Assembly (NCBI GenBank): GCA_022797295.1
Contig: JAAWKH010000008.1
Location: forward strand, 1,380-65,379
Direction of reading: 5' to 3'
From: Peptococcaceae bacterium
Lineage (GTDB): Bacteria; Bacillota; Dehalobacteriia; UBA4068; UBA4997
DNA: 64,000 nucleotides
Positions within the stretch are counted from its first letter, which is position 1, and the number at the start of each line of letters is the position of its first letter. Shown here one piece after another: positions 46,559-56,562 of this stretch. A model generated the notes under the pieces. The model worked only from the letters and a program-made list of their open reading frames with translations, was not told the DNA's origin and ran no database searches. The translations under genes and the position numbers were made by a program.

Positions 46559-48112
46559 ATGCTGGCGATAATTAATAGCTGCTCACTGTTGGGGGCGGAC
46601 GCTTATATGGTGCGGGTGGAGGTTGACGTTTCCAAGGGTATGCCGGCCTTTGATATTGTGGGCCTGCCGGACGCCGCGGTACGAGAAAGCCGGGAGCGGG
46701 TGCGCACTGCTATCCGCAACAGCGGATTGGAATTTCCTTTTGAGCGCATTACCGTCAACCTGGCTCCGGCGGATGTGAAAAAGGAGGGCGCAAATTTTGA
46801 CCTGGCGATTGCCGTTGGCGTGCTGGTGGCCACTGGTCAGCTGACTGCTCCAGAGCAGGAGGCGCGTTTGGCGAAAACCGCTTTTTTGGGCGAGCTTTCA
46901 CTGGACGGCAGCCTGCGCCGGGTGAACGGAGTTTTGCCAATGTCCCGCATATTGCCGGAAAACGGCGTTGCCAATTTGGTGTTGCCGCAGCCAAATGCGG
47001 CGGAGGGAGCTTTGTTGGGCCAAACCGAAGTTTGGGGCTTGCAAAGTCTGCGTCAGTTTGTTGATTGGTGGCAGGGGCGGGAGCCTTTGCAACCCACGGT
47101 GGTGGATGTGGAAGCGCTTTTTCGCCAGGCCACGCTTAAGCAGGCAGGATTGGATATGGCCGACGTTAAGGGGCAACAGCTGGTGAAGCGGGCGATGGAG
47201 ATTGCTGCGGCTGGCCGGCATAACCTGCTGATGGTTGGCGCGCCGGGCTCTGGCAAAACGATGCTGGCTCGTCGGCTGCCTACCATTTTGCCGGATTTAA
47301 CCCTGCCGGAGAGCTTGGAGATTACCCGAATTTACAGCATTTGTGGTCTGCTGCCGGAAGGTAGCCCACTGATTGTGGAGCGCCCTTTTCGGGCGCCGCA
47401 CCACACTGCCTCGGCTCAAAGTGTGATTGGCGGCGGTCGGCTGCCGCGCCCTGGCGAGGTTAGTTTGGCCCACAATGGCGTGCTGTTTTTGGACGAGTTG
47501 CCGGAGTTTGGCCGGGCGGTGCGGGAAAGCCTGCGCCAACCGTTGGAGGATAAAATTGTGACGGTGTCTCGTGTGCAGGGGCGGATGGATTATGACGCGT
47601 CTTTTCAGCTGGTGGCGGCGATGAATCCTTGCCCGTGTGGTTTTTTGGGAGATTCCACTAAGCCTTGCACTTGCACGCCGCACCAGGTTGGGCGGTATCT
47701 AGGGCGGGTTTCCGGCCCGCTGTTAGACCGAATTGATTTGCAGGTGAATGTGCAGCGGGTTGAGTTTGCGGATTTGAATGACAAAAACCGGCCGGAAAGT
47801 TCCGCGGAGATTAAAGCGCGGGTGATGGCTGCTAGGCAAATTCAGCTGCGACGTTTTGCGGCGGAAAAGATTTTTGCCAATGCGGATATGAATCGGGCTC
47901 AGTTGGAAAAATTTTGCGTGATGCAGCCGGACGCTGAGGCGCTGTTGGCGCAGGCCTTTGCCCAGCTGAATTTAAGCGCCCGCGCGCATGACCGTTTGCT
48001 GAAAGTGGCCCGCACTATTGCCGATTTGGCCGGAGCGGAGCTGATTGAGGCGGCGCATATTGCGGAGGCGGTGCAATATCGCGGCTTGGAAAAATTTTCG
48101 GAATATAAATAG
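46559..48112 (+). CDS. comM: YifB/ComM Mg-chelatase-like AAA+ ATPase
   Basis: VGLPDAAVRESRERV, NLAPAD, GAPGSGKT, PFRAPHH, FLDE, MNPCPCG, LSAR. Confidence 0.94.
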   Translation: MLAIINSCSLLGADAYMVRVEVDVSKGMPAFDIVGLPDAAVRESRERVRTAIRNSGLEFPFERITVNLAPADVKKEGANFDLAIAVGVLVATGQLTAPEQEARLAKTAFLGELSLDGSLRRVNGVLPMSRILPENGVANLVLPQPNAAEGALLGQTEVWGLQSLRQFVDWWQGREPLQPTVVDVEALFRQATLKQAGLDMADVKGQQLVKRAMEIAAAGRHNLLMVGAPGSGKTMLARRLPTILPDLTLPESLEITRIYSICGLLPEGSPLIVERPFRAPHHTASAQSVIGGGRLPRPGEVSLAHNGVLFLDELPEFGRAVRESLRQPLEDKIVTVSRVQGRMDYDASFQLVAAMNPCPCGFLGDSTKPCTCTPHQVGRYLGRVSGPLLDRIDLQVNVQRVEFADLNDKNRPESSAEIKARVMAARQIQLRRFAAEKIFANADMNRAQLEKFCVMQPDAEALLAQAFAQLNLSARAHDRLLKVARTIADLAGAELIEAAHIAEAVQYRGLEKFSEYK

Positions 48113-48206
48113 AAAATTGGCATATTGGTATAGAGAGGCGATTTGCTTTACGGATAGTTGAACGTTAGTTGTTGCGTTGTGTTTTGGGGAATAAGAGGGA
48201 TGCTGA

Positions 48207-49235
48207 ATGTATAGAGGACGGATGCATGGCAGGTACAAAATAACGGCGGCTGGTTTTATGCTGCTGGCTTTGGCAGCGGCTGTGGCTTGGCTGTTTGGTT
48301 ATTGTAATAGTGCGCAGTTGCAGGCTTGGCTGGCGGGTTTGCAGGATGGGGCAGAAGCACCAGGCCCGGCTCAGGTTCAGCTGGGCAAAAACTCTTTGCC
48401 GCCGGATTTGCGCCGGATGGCTTGGGAGGTTTACGACAACACTTATATTGTTCGCCCACATTTAGATAAGGATTATCAGGTGAGTAGCGGGCGTTATGAT
48501 TTGTTTGTGCGGGGCGGCAGCCAACAGGCTGTGGCTATGCAAACTGACGCGGCCAGGGTTTATGTGCAAGGAGCAGCCTTGCAGGAGTATTCTTTGGCTT
48601 GTCTTTCTCGTGGTTCGGTATTTTCCAATCGTTCAGCCGGCAAAATGGTGGCGTTAACGTTTGATGACGGGCCGTTTGCTTCCAAAACGCCGAAAATTCT
48701 GGAAATTTTGCAGCAAAATGATTGCCGGGCAACGTTTTTTAGCTTGGGAAAATATGTCAGCAATCATCCAGAGTTGGCTCAGCAGGTTTTGGCGGCAGGT
48801 TGTGAGTTGGGCAGCCACTCTTGGTTTCACAGCAAGCAAACCAGCTTGTCTGCCGAGGAGCGGGAGGCGGATTTTGCCAGAGTGGCCAAAGCCTTTGAAG
48901 AAGCCACTGGCAGCGCGCCTTATCTTTTTCGGGCTCCTTATGGGGCGATTGACGATGCGGTTAAGGCGGATTTGGCCGAACAAAATATGATTTCCGTTCT
49001 ATGGTCGTTGGATACGGAGGATTGGCGCGCGCCCTCGGCTGAGGCGGTATACAAATCGGTTATGGATGTGGTGCGCGATGGGGATATTATTTTGATGCAT
49101 GAAAATGCGGAGTACACCGTGGAGGTTCTGCCGCGAATTTTGGCGGCCTTGAAGGAACAGGGCTATCAGGTGGTGACGGTGAGCGAGCTGATTTACGCCG
49201 GCAGTGATATAAAAGCAGCTGCGGAGGGCAATTAA
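48207..49235 (+). CDS. Membrane-anchored polysaccharide/peptidoglycan deacetylase (CE4, NodB type)
   Basis: N-terminal TM helix, LTFDDGP, HSWFH, FRAPYG, DTEDW, ILMH; start may be 48225. Confidence 0.9.
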   Translation: MYRGRMHGRYKITAAGFMLLALAAAVAWLFGYCNSAQLQAWLAGLQDGAEAPGPAQVQLGKNSLPPDLRRMAWEVYDNTYIVRPHLDKDYQVSSGRYDLFVRGGSQQAVAMQTDAARVYVQGAALQEYSLACLSRGSVFSNRSAGKMVALTFDDGPFASKTPKILEILQQNDCRATFFSLGKYVSNHPELAQQVLAAGCELGSHSWFHSKQTSLSAEEREADFARVAKAFEEATGSAPYLFRAPYGAIDDAVKADLAEQNMISVLWSLDTEDWRAPSAEAVYKSVMDVVRDGDIILMHENAEYTVEVLPRILAALKEQGYQVVTVSELIYAGSDIKAAAEGN

Positions 49236-49259
49236 GCGGTGTTATTTGTCGAATAGGGG

Positions 49260-49301
49260 GCTTCTGTCGAACAAAAACCGGGTCGACAGAGGCTTTTTTT
49301 T
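49260..49301 (+). terminator. Intrinsic terminator
   Basis: GCTTCTGTCGA / TCGACAGAGGC followed by T8. Confidence 0.8.
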
Positions 49302-49321
49302 GGGTTTGGGATAATTTGAGG

Positions 49322-49350
49322 TTGCAATGCTGGCAAAGTTTGTATATAAT
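49322..49350 (+). promoter_or_regulatory. Sigma-A promoter of hydrolase-murF-ddl
   Basis: TTGCAA (49322-49327), 17 bp, TATAAT (49345-49350). Confidence 0.7.
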
Positions 49351-49404
49351 AGTATAGATTTAACTGCAAAATTCATATAAGTAGAAAGTGAGCAGGCTGA
49401 AAAG

Positions 49405-50202
49405 ATGAGCACAGTTGGCAAATATATTTATGCGGCGGAGGGCCGGGAGCAGCCGCTTTATTATCTGGAGGGTGGCAGCGGCTGGCCGGTTTTGCTGCTG
49501 CACGGCTGGGGTTGCTCCAGCGAGACAATGCAGCCGGTGTTTCGGCATTTGGAGGCGGATTTTCACGTTTACAATTTTGACCTGCCCGGCTTTGGTCTTA
49601 GCCCTGAGCCGCCAGCCGCCTGGGACACTGCGGCTTACGCGGCCTTGTTGGCGGAGTTCATCCAAAAAAATTGTGCGCAGCCGCCGGTGCTGGTGGCCCA
49701 TTCCTTTGGCGGACGGCTGAGCCTGCGCCTGGCGGCTCAGGGAGTGCCGCACAAGATGATATTAACCGGTTGTGCGGGGTTAAAAGCCCACCGTGGCCTG
49801 GATTACTACGCCAAGGTTTACAGCTACAAGGCGGCCAAAAAGCTGTTGTCGTTGCCGGGCCTGCGCGGTCAGCGGGAGGAGCTTTTGAATAAAGCCAAGG
49901 CTAAAAGTGGTTCGGCTGATTATCGTCAGGCCTCGGAGGTTATGCGGGCGGTGTTTGTGAAAACGGTGAATGAGGACCAAACGCCCAACCTGTCGCAGGT
50001 GCAAGCGCCCACCATTCTTTTTTGGGGCGGGCAGGATACCGCCACGCCTCTTTCCGATGGACGGCTGATGGAGGCTAAAATGCGGGACGCCGCCCTGATT
50101 GTGAAGCCGGACGGCAGCCATTTTGCCTTTTTGGAGTTTCTGCCGGAGTTTTTGGCGATTATTGACAGTTTCCTGAAGCCGGAAAAGGCGGCGGGCTGCT
50201 GA
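49405..50202 (+). CDS. Alpha/beta-fold hydrolase
   Basis: LHGWG, DLPGFG, nucleophile AHSFGG, WGGQD, SHFAF. Confidence 0.92.
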   Translation: MSTVGKYIYAAEGREQPLYYLEGGSGWPVLLLHGWGCSSETMQPVFRHLEADFHVYNFDLPGFGLSPEPPAAWDTAAYAALLAEFIQKNCAQPPVLVAHSFGGRLSLRLAAQGVPHKMILTGCAGLKAHRGLDYYAKVYSYKAAKKLLSLPGLRGQREELLNKAKAKSGSADYRQASEVMRAVFVKTVNEDQTPNLSQVQAPTILFWGGQDTATPLSDGRLMEAKMRDAALIVKPDGSHFAFLEFLPEFLAIIDSFLKPEKAAGC

Positions 50203-50233
50203 ATAAAGTGTGTAATGAGGAGGATAAGCCTCA

Positions 50234-51892
50234 ATGGATTTTTTAGCAAATTTATTTTCACTGAACAATTATGAGCTGATTTTTATTGGTTCGCTTTTAA
50301 GCTGGCTGCTGTGGCTGGTTTACGCCGCCCGCCGGTTGGCCTATTATCTGCAAATGGCCCAGCAGACCAGCTATCGCCCGGAGCGATATTGGCGTTGGCT
50401 GCGGCCAAAACTGGCCGGCGAGTTTTTCTGGGGGGATTCGGTGGCGGTTCTGCTGCTGATTCCCGCCCTCTTGATAGCGACCGGACATTTTTTTATGCCA
50501 ACAAAGGATTGGCAGGTTTGGCTGCTGATTGCTCTGCCGCCGCTGGCGGCCCTGCTGCCGCTTTTGCTGTGGCGGCGGCCGCAGGTGAAAAAGCCTCTGG
50601 TTTGGACGGCGCGGGCCAAGCGGCTTTACGCCACGGCTCTGCTGCTGTGGGCGTTGCTGCTGGCGGTGCAGCCCCTCTGCTGCTGGCGGGTGGATGTGGA
50701 GTGCTACTGGGTGCCTTTTTCCGCTGTGCTTTCCGGCTTTTTGCCGCTGGCAATGCAGCTGGCCGTGGCTCTGCGCCAGCCCTTTGAGGAGGCGCGCAAT
50801 CGCCGCTTTGTGCAGGAGGCTGCCAAAATTATTGCCGATTCGCCAAACCTGTTGCGCATTGGCATAACCGGCAGCTATGGTAAAACCAGCAGCAAAATGT
50901 TGTTGGGCCGGGTGCTGGCGGAAAGTAAATATACGCTGGTGACGCCGGACAGCTACAACACGCCGTTGGGTGTTACTCTGACTATTCGTCAGCAGTTAAA
51001 GCCCATTCATCAGGTTTTTGTGGCGGAGATGGGGGCCCGGCAAAAGGGTGATATTAAGGAACTGTGCGATTTGGTGCAGCCGGAAATTGGTATTGTTACC
51101 GCCGTTGGCCCGCAGCATTTGGAAACCTTTGGCAGTCTGGAAAACGTGGCCGCCACTAAGTTTGAGCTGATTGACAGCCTGCCGCCTTACGGGCTGGCGG
51201 TTTTGAATATAGATGACCCGATTATTGCCGAGCGGGCTAAAAGCTTGCAGGTTGCTTGCCGAACTTACGCTTTGGAGCAGCCGGGGGCGGATTATACAGC
51301 CACGGACGTTAGTTTTTCTCCACAGGGTATGCGTTTTGTGTTGCATACGGCGGAGGGTGGCAGTCAGCCAATTCATACCAAATTGCTGGGCCGGCATAAT
51401 ATTTACAATATTCTGGCGGCGGCAGCCGTGGGCGAGTATCTGGGCCTTGGGCTGGCGGAGATTGCCCGGGCGGTGGCGCAAACGCCGCCGGTGGAGCATC
51501 GTTTGGTGTTGAAAGCGGCCGGCGGCTTCACGATTATTGACGACGCTTTTAATTCCAATCCGCAGGGCAGCAAGGCGGCAGTGGATGTGCTGGCCGCGAT
51601 GCCTGGCGGCCGTAAGATGATTATTACGCCTGGTATGGTGGAGCTTGGTAGCGAGCAGGAGCGTTTGAACCGTGAGTTTGCCGCTTATTGTGCGGAAAAG
51701 TTGGATTATGTGCTGATTGTGGGGCAAAAGCAGAGCGGGCCGCTGTTGGCAGGCCTGCGCGAGGCTGGTCTTTCGCCGGAGCGTTGGCGGGTGGCGGCTG
51801 ATTTGGCCGAGGCCAGCGCCTTTATGCGCGGTTGGGTGCAGCCAGGCGATTATGTTTTGTTTGAGAACGATTTGCCGGATAGTTATTTATAA
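50234..51892 (+). CDS. murF: MurF-type Mur ligase with N-terminal multi-TM region
   Basis: About 185 hydrophobic N-terminal residues; GITGSYGKTS, SYNT, EMGAR, QHLE, HRL, IDDAFNSNP, PGMVELG, ENDLPD. Confidence 0.85.
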   Translation: MDFLANLFSLNNYELIFIGSLLSWLLWLVYAARRLAYYLQMAQQTSYRPERYWRWLRPKLAGEFFWGDSVAVLLLIPALLIATGHFFMPTKDWQVWLLIALPPLAALLPLLLWRRPQVKKPLVWTARAKRLYATALLLWALLLAVQPLCCWRVDVECYWVPFSAVLSGFLPLAMQLAVALRQPFEEARNRRFVQEAAKIIADSPNLLRIGITGSYGKTSSKMLLGRVLAESKYTLVTPDSYNTPLGVTLTIRQQLKPIHQVFVAEMGARQKGDIKELCDLVQPEIGIVTAVGPQHLETFGSLENVAATKFELIDSLPPYGLAVLNIDDPIIAERAKSLQVACRTYALEQPGADYTATDVSFSPQGMRFVLHTAEGGSQPIHTKLLGRHNIYNILAAAAVGEYLGLGLAEIARAVAQTPPVEHRLVLKAAGGFTIIDDAFNSNPQGSKAAVDVLAAMPGGRKMIITPGMVELGSEQERLNREFAAYCAEKLDYVLIVGQKQSGPLLAGLREAGLSPERWRVAADLAEASAFMRGWVQPGDYVLFENDLPDSYL

Positions 51893-51922
51893 AAAGGAAA
51901 GACTACGGAAGGAGCGGATACA

Positions 51923-53203
51923 ATGCAGAAAATCCGTTTGGGTGTGTTTTTTGGCGGCCCCTCGGTGGAGCATGAGATTGCGGTAATCTCGGCCGCGCAA
52001 GCAATGGCGGCGGCCGACCCAGCCAAATATGAGCTGGTGCCGGTTTACATCAGCAAGGACGGACTGTGGTACACCGGGCCACAGCTTTTGGATATGAAAA
52101 ATTACGCTGATTTGCCCAAATTGCTGAGCCAGTGCCAGCAGGTGCATATGCTGGCCGACCGAGGAGCGCACAAGCTGGTGGCCAAGGGGCGTGGGCTTTT
52201 TGCTAAAACGCAGGAGCTGCCATTGGATGTGGTGTTGCCGGTTATGCATGGCGCGCACGGCGAGGATGGCTGTTTGCAAGGCTTTTTGGAGCTGCTGAAT
52301 ATTCCTTATGCCGGGCCTGGCGTTCTGGCGGCGGCTGTGGGAATGGATAAAATTATGATGAAAAACGTGTTGGCGGCTAATCAGTTGCCGGTGCTGCCCG
52401 GCCTTTGGTTTACGGCGGACGAATGGTTTGCCGAGCGTGAGGCCAAACTGCAACAGGTGGAGGAGCAGTTGGGCTGGCCGGTTATTGTGAAGCCGGCTAA
52501 TTTGGGCAGCAGCGTTGGTATCAGCCGGGCGGATAACCCGGAGGAGCTGGCGGCTGCTTTGGACGAGGCGGCCAACTTCAGCGGACGTTTGCTGTTGGAG
52601 CCTTGTCTGACGGATTATCGGGAGATTAATTGCTCTGTGTTGGGCTATGGGCCAAAAATTCGGGCTAGCGTGTGTGAGGAGCCGCTGACCAGCAATGATT
52701 TTTTGACTTATCAGGATAAATATTTAGGTGGCTCCGGTGGAGCTAAAGGCGGCAAAATGGGCGCAAAGAGCGGCGTTAAGGCTGGGGTTGGCCCTAAAGC
52801 CGGTTCTCAAACCGGTGCTGGGATGAGCAGCGCGCAACGCCGGGTGCCGGCTGATTTGCCGTCGGAGCAGGCGGCGGAAATTCAAAGCTTGGCCAGCCGG
52901 GCTTTTACTGCGCTGGACGGCTGCGGCGTGGCCCGTGTGGATCTGCTTTTGGATAAAACCAGCGGCCACAGCTATATTAATGAGGTGAACACAATTCCTG
53001 GTTCGCTTTCCTTTTATTTGTGGCAGGCCAGCGGGCTTGATTTTACCGCCCTGATTGACGAGCTGGTGGAATCCGCCCTGTGGCGGCAGCGTAGTAAGGC
53101 CAAACTGACTTACTCTTATGATACGAATATTTTGGCCGGTCTGGCCGCAAGCGCTAATGGGCCAGTGGGAACCAAAGCCGGCGCCAAGAGCGGCCTGAAA
53201 TAA
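51923..53203 (+). CDS. ddl: D-Ala-D-Ala ligase family ATP-grasp enzyme
   Basis: FGGPSVEHE, HGAHGEDG, MDK, KPANLGSSVG, ARVD, NEVNTIPGS. Confidence 0.9.
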   Translation: MQKIRLGVFFGGPSVEHEIAVISAAQAMAAADPAKYELVPVYISKDGLWYTGPQLLDMKNYADLPKLLSQCQQVHMLADRGAHKLVAKGRGLFAKTQELPLDVVLPVMHGAHGEDGCLQGFLELLNIPYAGPGVLAAAVGMDKIMMKNVLAANQLPVLPGLWFTADEWFAEREAKLQQVEEQLGWPVIVKPANLGSSVGISRADNPEELAAALDEAANFSGRLLLEPCLTDYREINCSVLGYGPKIRASVCEEPLTSNDFLTYQDKYLGGSGGAKGGKMGAKSGVKAGVGPKAGSQTGAGMSSAQRRVPADLPSEQAAEIQSLASRAFTALDGCGVARVDLLLDKTSGHSYINEVNTIPGSLSFYLWQASGLDFTALIDELVESALWRQRSKAKLTYSYDTNILAGLAASANGPVGTKAGAKSGLK

Positions 53204-53224
53204 AACCAAAGGAGGCGATGTGGT

Positions 53225-54352
53225 TTGGGCATTGCGCATTTGCTGGCTTTACACAGTCTGCCGGAAATTGGTAATGTGCGGCTGACTGCCTTGCTGGATT
53301 ACTTTGGTGACGCTGAGGCGGCCTGGCAAAATCCGCAGGAGTGGGCGCAGGCTTTGCCACGGCAATTTTCCAAGGCGGCTTTGGCTCAGCTGCGGCAGGA
53401 TATGCAAAAGCTGGAGCCCTGGGAGGTTTATGAACGTTTTTTGCTGACGGGCGCTAAGTTGGTGACGCTGCCGGAGCCGCATTATCCGCAACAGCTGGCT
53501 CAGATTGACGACCCACCTTATCTGTTGTTTTATAAAGGGCAGTTGCCCCAGCCGTTGGATTTGGCTATTGCTATTATTGGCTCTCGTCGGGCGACTTCCT
53601 ATGGCCGGGAGGCTGCGGGCTTTTTGGCCGGAGGTTTGGCGCAGGCGGGCGTTTGGGTGATTGCTGGCCTGGCCAGAGGCATTGACACCGCGGCTCATCA
53701 AGCAGCCCTGCAAGCTGGTGGCAAAACCCTTGGCGTGCTGGGTTGTGGTATTGATGTGATTTATCCGCGGGAGAACCGCCTGCTTTTTCAGCAGATGGCG
53801 GAAAAGGGTTGTATTCTCACAGAGTATCCGTTGGGTATGCAGCCGTTGGCCAAAAATTTTCCTATTCGTAACCGGATAATCAGCGGCCTGAGCCAGGGCG
53901 TGATTGTGGTGGAGGCCGGGCTGAAAAGCGGCACGCAAATTACGGTGGATTACGCCTTAAACCAAGGCCGCAGTATTTATGCGGTTCCGGGCAGTATTTT
54001 CAGCCCGTTTAGCCAAGGCACGTTTAGTTTGTTGAAAAATGTTGGCGTAAAGCCGGTGGCCACGCCGGAGGATGTGCTGGATGATTTGCGGCCGGTTCAT
54101 CGCCAGCCGCCGCCCAGCGTGCAGCCGCAGCTGTTTGGCGGGCAGCCGGAAGCGCCGCCGCCCGGTTTGGATGAGCTGGAGCAGCGGATTTGGCAGGCGT
54201 TGGCTGGAGAAAAACGTCATTTTAATGATTTGGCGGCTGAGTTGGCCGTAAGCGCCAGCGAACTTAGCGCCAAGCTGACGATGTGTGAATTAAAGGGTCT
54301 GGTGAAAAGGGCGGACGGGCAATATTTCAGCCGCCGGACAACTGGGCTTTAA
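53225..54352 (+). CDS. dprA: DNA processing protein DprA/Smf
   Basis: AIIGSR, GLARGID, FPIRNRIISGLS, VVEA..KSG, C-terminal winged helix. Confidence 0.95.
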   Translation: MGIAHLLALHSLPEIGNVRLTALLDYFGDAEAAWQNPQEWAQALPRQFSKAALAQLRQDMQKLEPWEVYERFLLTGAKLVTLPEPHYPQQLAQIDDPPYLLFYKGQLPQPLDLAIAIIGSRRATSYGREAAGFLAGGLAQAGVWVIAGLARGIDTAAHQAALQAGGKTLGVLGCGIDVIYPRENRLLFQQMAEKGCILTEYPLGMQPLAKNFPIRNRIISGLSQGVIVVEAGLKSGTQITVDYALNQGRSIYAVPGSIFSPFSQGTFSLLKNVGVKPVATPEDVLDDLRPVHRQPPPSVQPQLFGGQPEAPPPGLDELEQRIWQALAGEKRHFNDLAAELAVSASELSAKLTMCELKGLVKRADGQYFSRRTTGL

Positions 54353-54396
54353 GATATAATTTAGTATAAAAATAATTTGAGGTGCAAATTTTTATT

Positions 54397-56559
54397 ATGG
54401 GAAAAACACTGATTGTTGTTGAATCACCAACCAAGGCCAAAACCATTGGCAAATATTTGGGCTCCAACTATGTGGTGCTTTCTTCAATGGGGCACGTGCG
54501 GGATTTGCCCAAAAGCACGCTGGGCGTGGATGTGGAAAATGAGTTTGAACCGCATTATATTACCATTCGCGGCAAGGGAGCGATTTTGAAAAGCTTGCGC
54601 ACGGAGGCCAAACGGGCCGACCGCGTGCTGCTGGCAAGCGACCCGGACCGTGAAGGGGAGATGATTGCCTATCATCTCAAGGGTTATCTGGACAATGTGG
54701 ATGAAAAGTGCCGGGTGGAGTTTCATGAGATTACCAAGGAAACGGTAAAAAAGGCGGTGAAAACGCCGCGCGGGTTGGATATGGACCGTATTTACGCCCA
54801 GCAGGCCCGCCGGGTTTTGGATCGTCTGGTGGGTTACAAGCTTTCGCCGCTGTTGTGGGCCAAGGTTAAAAAAGGCCTTTCCGCCGGACGTGTGCAATCG
54901 GTGGCGGTGCGAATGATTTGCGACCGCGAAGCGGAGATTAACGCCTTTGTGCCGGAGGAATACTGGACTTTGCATGCCACTTTGCAAACGGAAAGCGGCC
55001 TGATGGAAACACAGCTGGCCCGGATTGACGGCAAAACAGCCCAAGTGCACAATCAGCAGGAGATGGACGAAATTTTGGCGGCCATCAAGGGGCAGGCTTA
55101 TCAGGTGGAAAAAATCAGCCAAAGGGAGCGCAAACGCAACCCAGTGGCTCCTTTTACCACCAGCAGCATGCAGCAGGAAGCTTATCGCAAGCACGGCTTG
55201 CTGACTAAAAAGACTATGCAGCTGGCCCAGCAGCTTTTTGAGGGTATCAGCATTGGCAAGCAGGGCGTGGTGGGTTTGATAACCTATATGCGTACCGATT
55301 CCACCCGCATTGCGCCAGATGTGCAAAAGCAGGCCCGCGAGTTCATTGCCGAGCAGTACGGGCCGGAATATATCCCGGCGGAGCCGCGCGTTTATCAGAG
55401 CAAAGGCAAAATTCAAGACGCGCACGAGGCCATTCGCCCCACTGACGTTACCCGGCGGCCGGCCGAGGTTCGGCAATATTTGACTCCGCAGCAGTTTAAG
55501 CTTTACAAGCTAATCTGGGAGCGTTTTGTGGCCAGCCAGATGTCATCGGCAGTTATCGACACCACCACGGTGGATTTGTTGAACGGCCGCTACACTTTCC
55601 GAGCCAGCGGTTCGGTAATTCGCTTTCCTGGTTTTATGCAGCTTTATATTGAGGGTCAGGACAATGAGGATGAAAAAGAGGATTTGGGTTTGTTGCCGGC
55701 TTTGCAGCAGGGCCAAAGCCTGCAAGCGGAAAAGCTAGACCCCAAACAGCATTTCACCGCGCCGCCGCCGCGCTACACGGAGGCTATGCTGGTGAAAACG
55801 CTGGAGGAAAAGGGCGTGGGCCGGCCCAGCACCTATGCGCCGATTGTGGATACCATCATCGGCCGCGGCTATGTGGTGCGCGAGGATAAGCATTTTTATT
55901 CCACGGAGCTTGGTATGGTGGTTGTAAATATGCTGAAAGAGGGCTTTCCAGATATTATTGATATTGATTTCACCGCTGGCCTGGAGGCGCATTTGGACGA
56001 GGTTGAGGAGGGCAAACGCAACTGGCGACAAATTGTTGATGAGTTTTACAAACCCTTTGCCGAGGAATTGGCCAAAGCTGAGGAGGAGCTGGAAAAGGTG
56101 GATTTGGCTCCAGAATATAGCGGCGATGATTGTGAGCTTTGCGGCAAGCCAATGGTTTACAAGCTGGGGCGTTACGGCAAGTTTTTGGCCTGTTCCGGCT
56201 TCCCGGATTGCCGCAACACCAAAGCTATTGTGATTAGCGCTGGGGTGAAATGCTTGGCCTGCGGCGGGGAAATTATCCAGCGCAAAAGCCGGGGCGGCCG
56301 TGTGTTTTACGGTTGCAGCAATTACCCGGAATGTAAATATGTTTCCTGGGAAAAGCCGATTGAGGAGGCTTGCCCGGAGTGTGGAGTTCAGCTGGCGGAG
56401 CGCAAACTGAACTCTGGCCAGGTTTTGCGGGTGTGCCCCAATGCGGAATGCCCCAGCAACGCCAACAAAAAGAAGCGCAAAAAGGCCAGCGCCGACGCTA
56501 CTATGCAAAAAGCGGCTCAGCAGGCAGCCAAAAAGATTAAAAAGGAAACTGAGAATTAA
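54397..56559 (+). CDS. topA: DNA topoisomerase I
   Basis: IVESPTKA, DPDREGE, SAGRVQS, ITYMRTDS, zinc ribbons, Lys-rich tail. Confidence 0.98.
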   Translation: MGKTLIVVESPTKAKTIGKYLGSNYVVLSSMGHVRDLPKSTLGVDVENEFEPHYITIRGKGAILKSLRTEAKRADRVLLASDPDREGEMIAYHLKGYLDNVDEKCRVEFHEITKETVKKAVKTPRGLDMDRIYAQQARRVLDRLVGYKLSPLLWAKVKKGLSAGRVQSVAVRMICDREAEINAFVPEEYWTLHATLQTESGLMETQLARIDGKTAQVHNQQEMDEILAAIKGQAYQVEKISQRERKRNPVAPFTTSSMQQEAYRKHGLLTKKTMQLAQQLFEGISIGKQGVVGLITYMRTDSTRIAPDVQKQAREFIAEQYGPEYIPAEPRVYQSKGKIQDAHEAIRPTDVTRRPAEVRQYLTPQQFKLYKLIWERFVASQMSSAVIDTTTVDLLNGRYTFRASGSVIRFPGFMQLYIEGQDNEDEKEDLGLLPALQQGQSLQAEKLDPKQHFTAPPPRYTEAMLVKTLEEKGVGRPSTYAPIVDTIIGRGYVVREDKHFYSTELGMVVVNMLKEGFPDIIDIDFTAGLEAHLDEVEEGKRNWRQIVDEFYKPFAEELAKAEEELEKVDLAPEYSGDDCELCGKPMVYKLGRYGKFLACSGFPDCRNTKAIVISAGVKCLACGGEIIQRKSRGGRVFYGCSNYPECKYVSWEKPIEEACPECGVQLAERKLNSGQVLRVCPNAECPSNANKKKRKKASADATMQKAAQQAAKKIKKETEN

Positions 56560-56562
56560 TAT

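Noticed and set aside
51923-53203. van-type glycopeptide resistance cluster
   Set aside because: No vanH/X/Y/T/R/S genes, and the omega-loop Tyr is retained.
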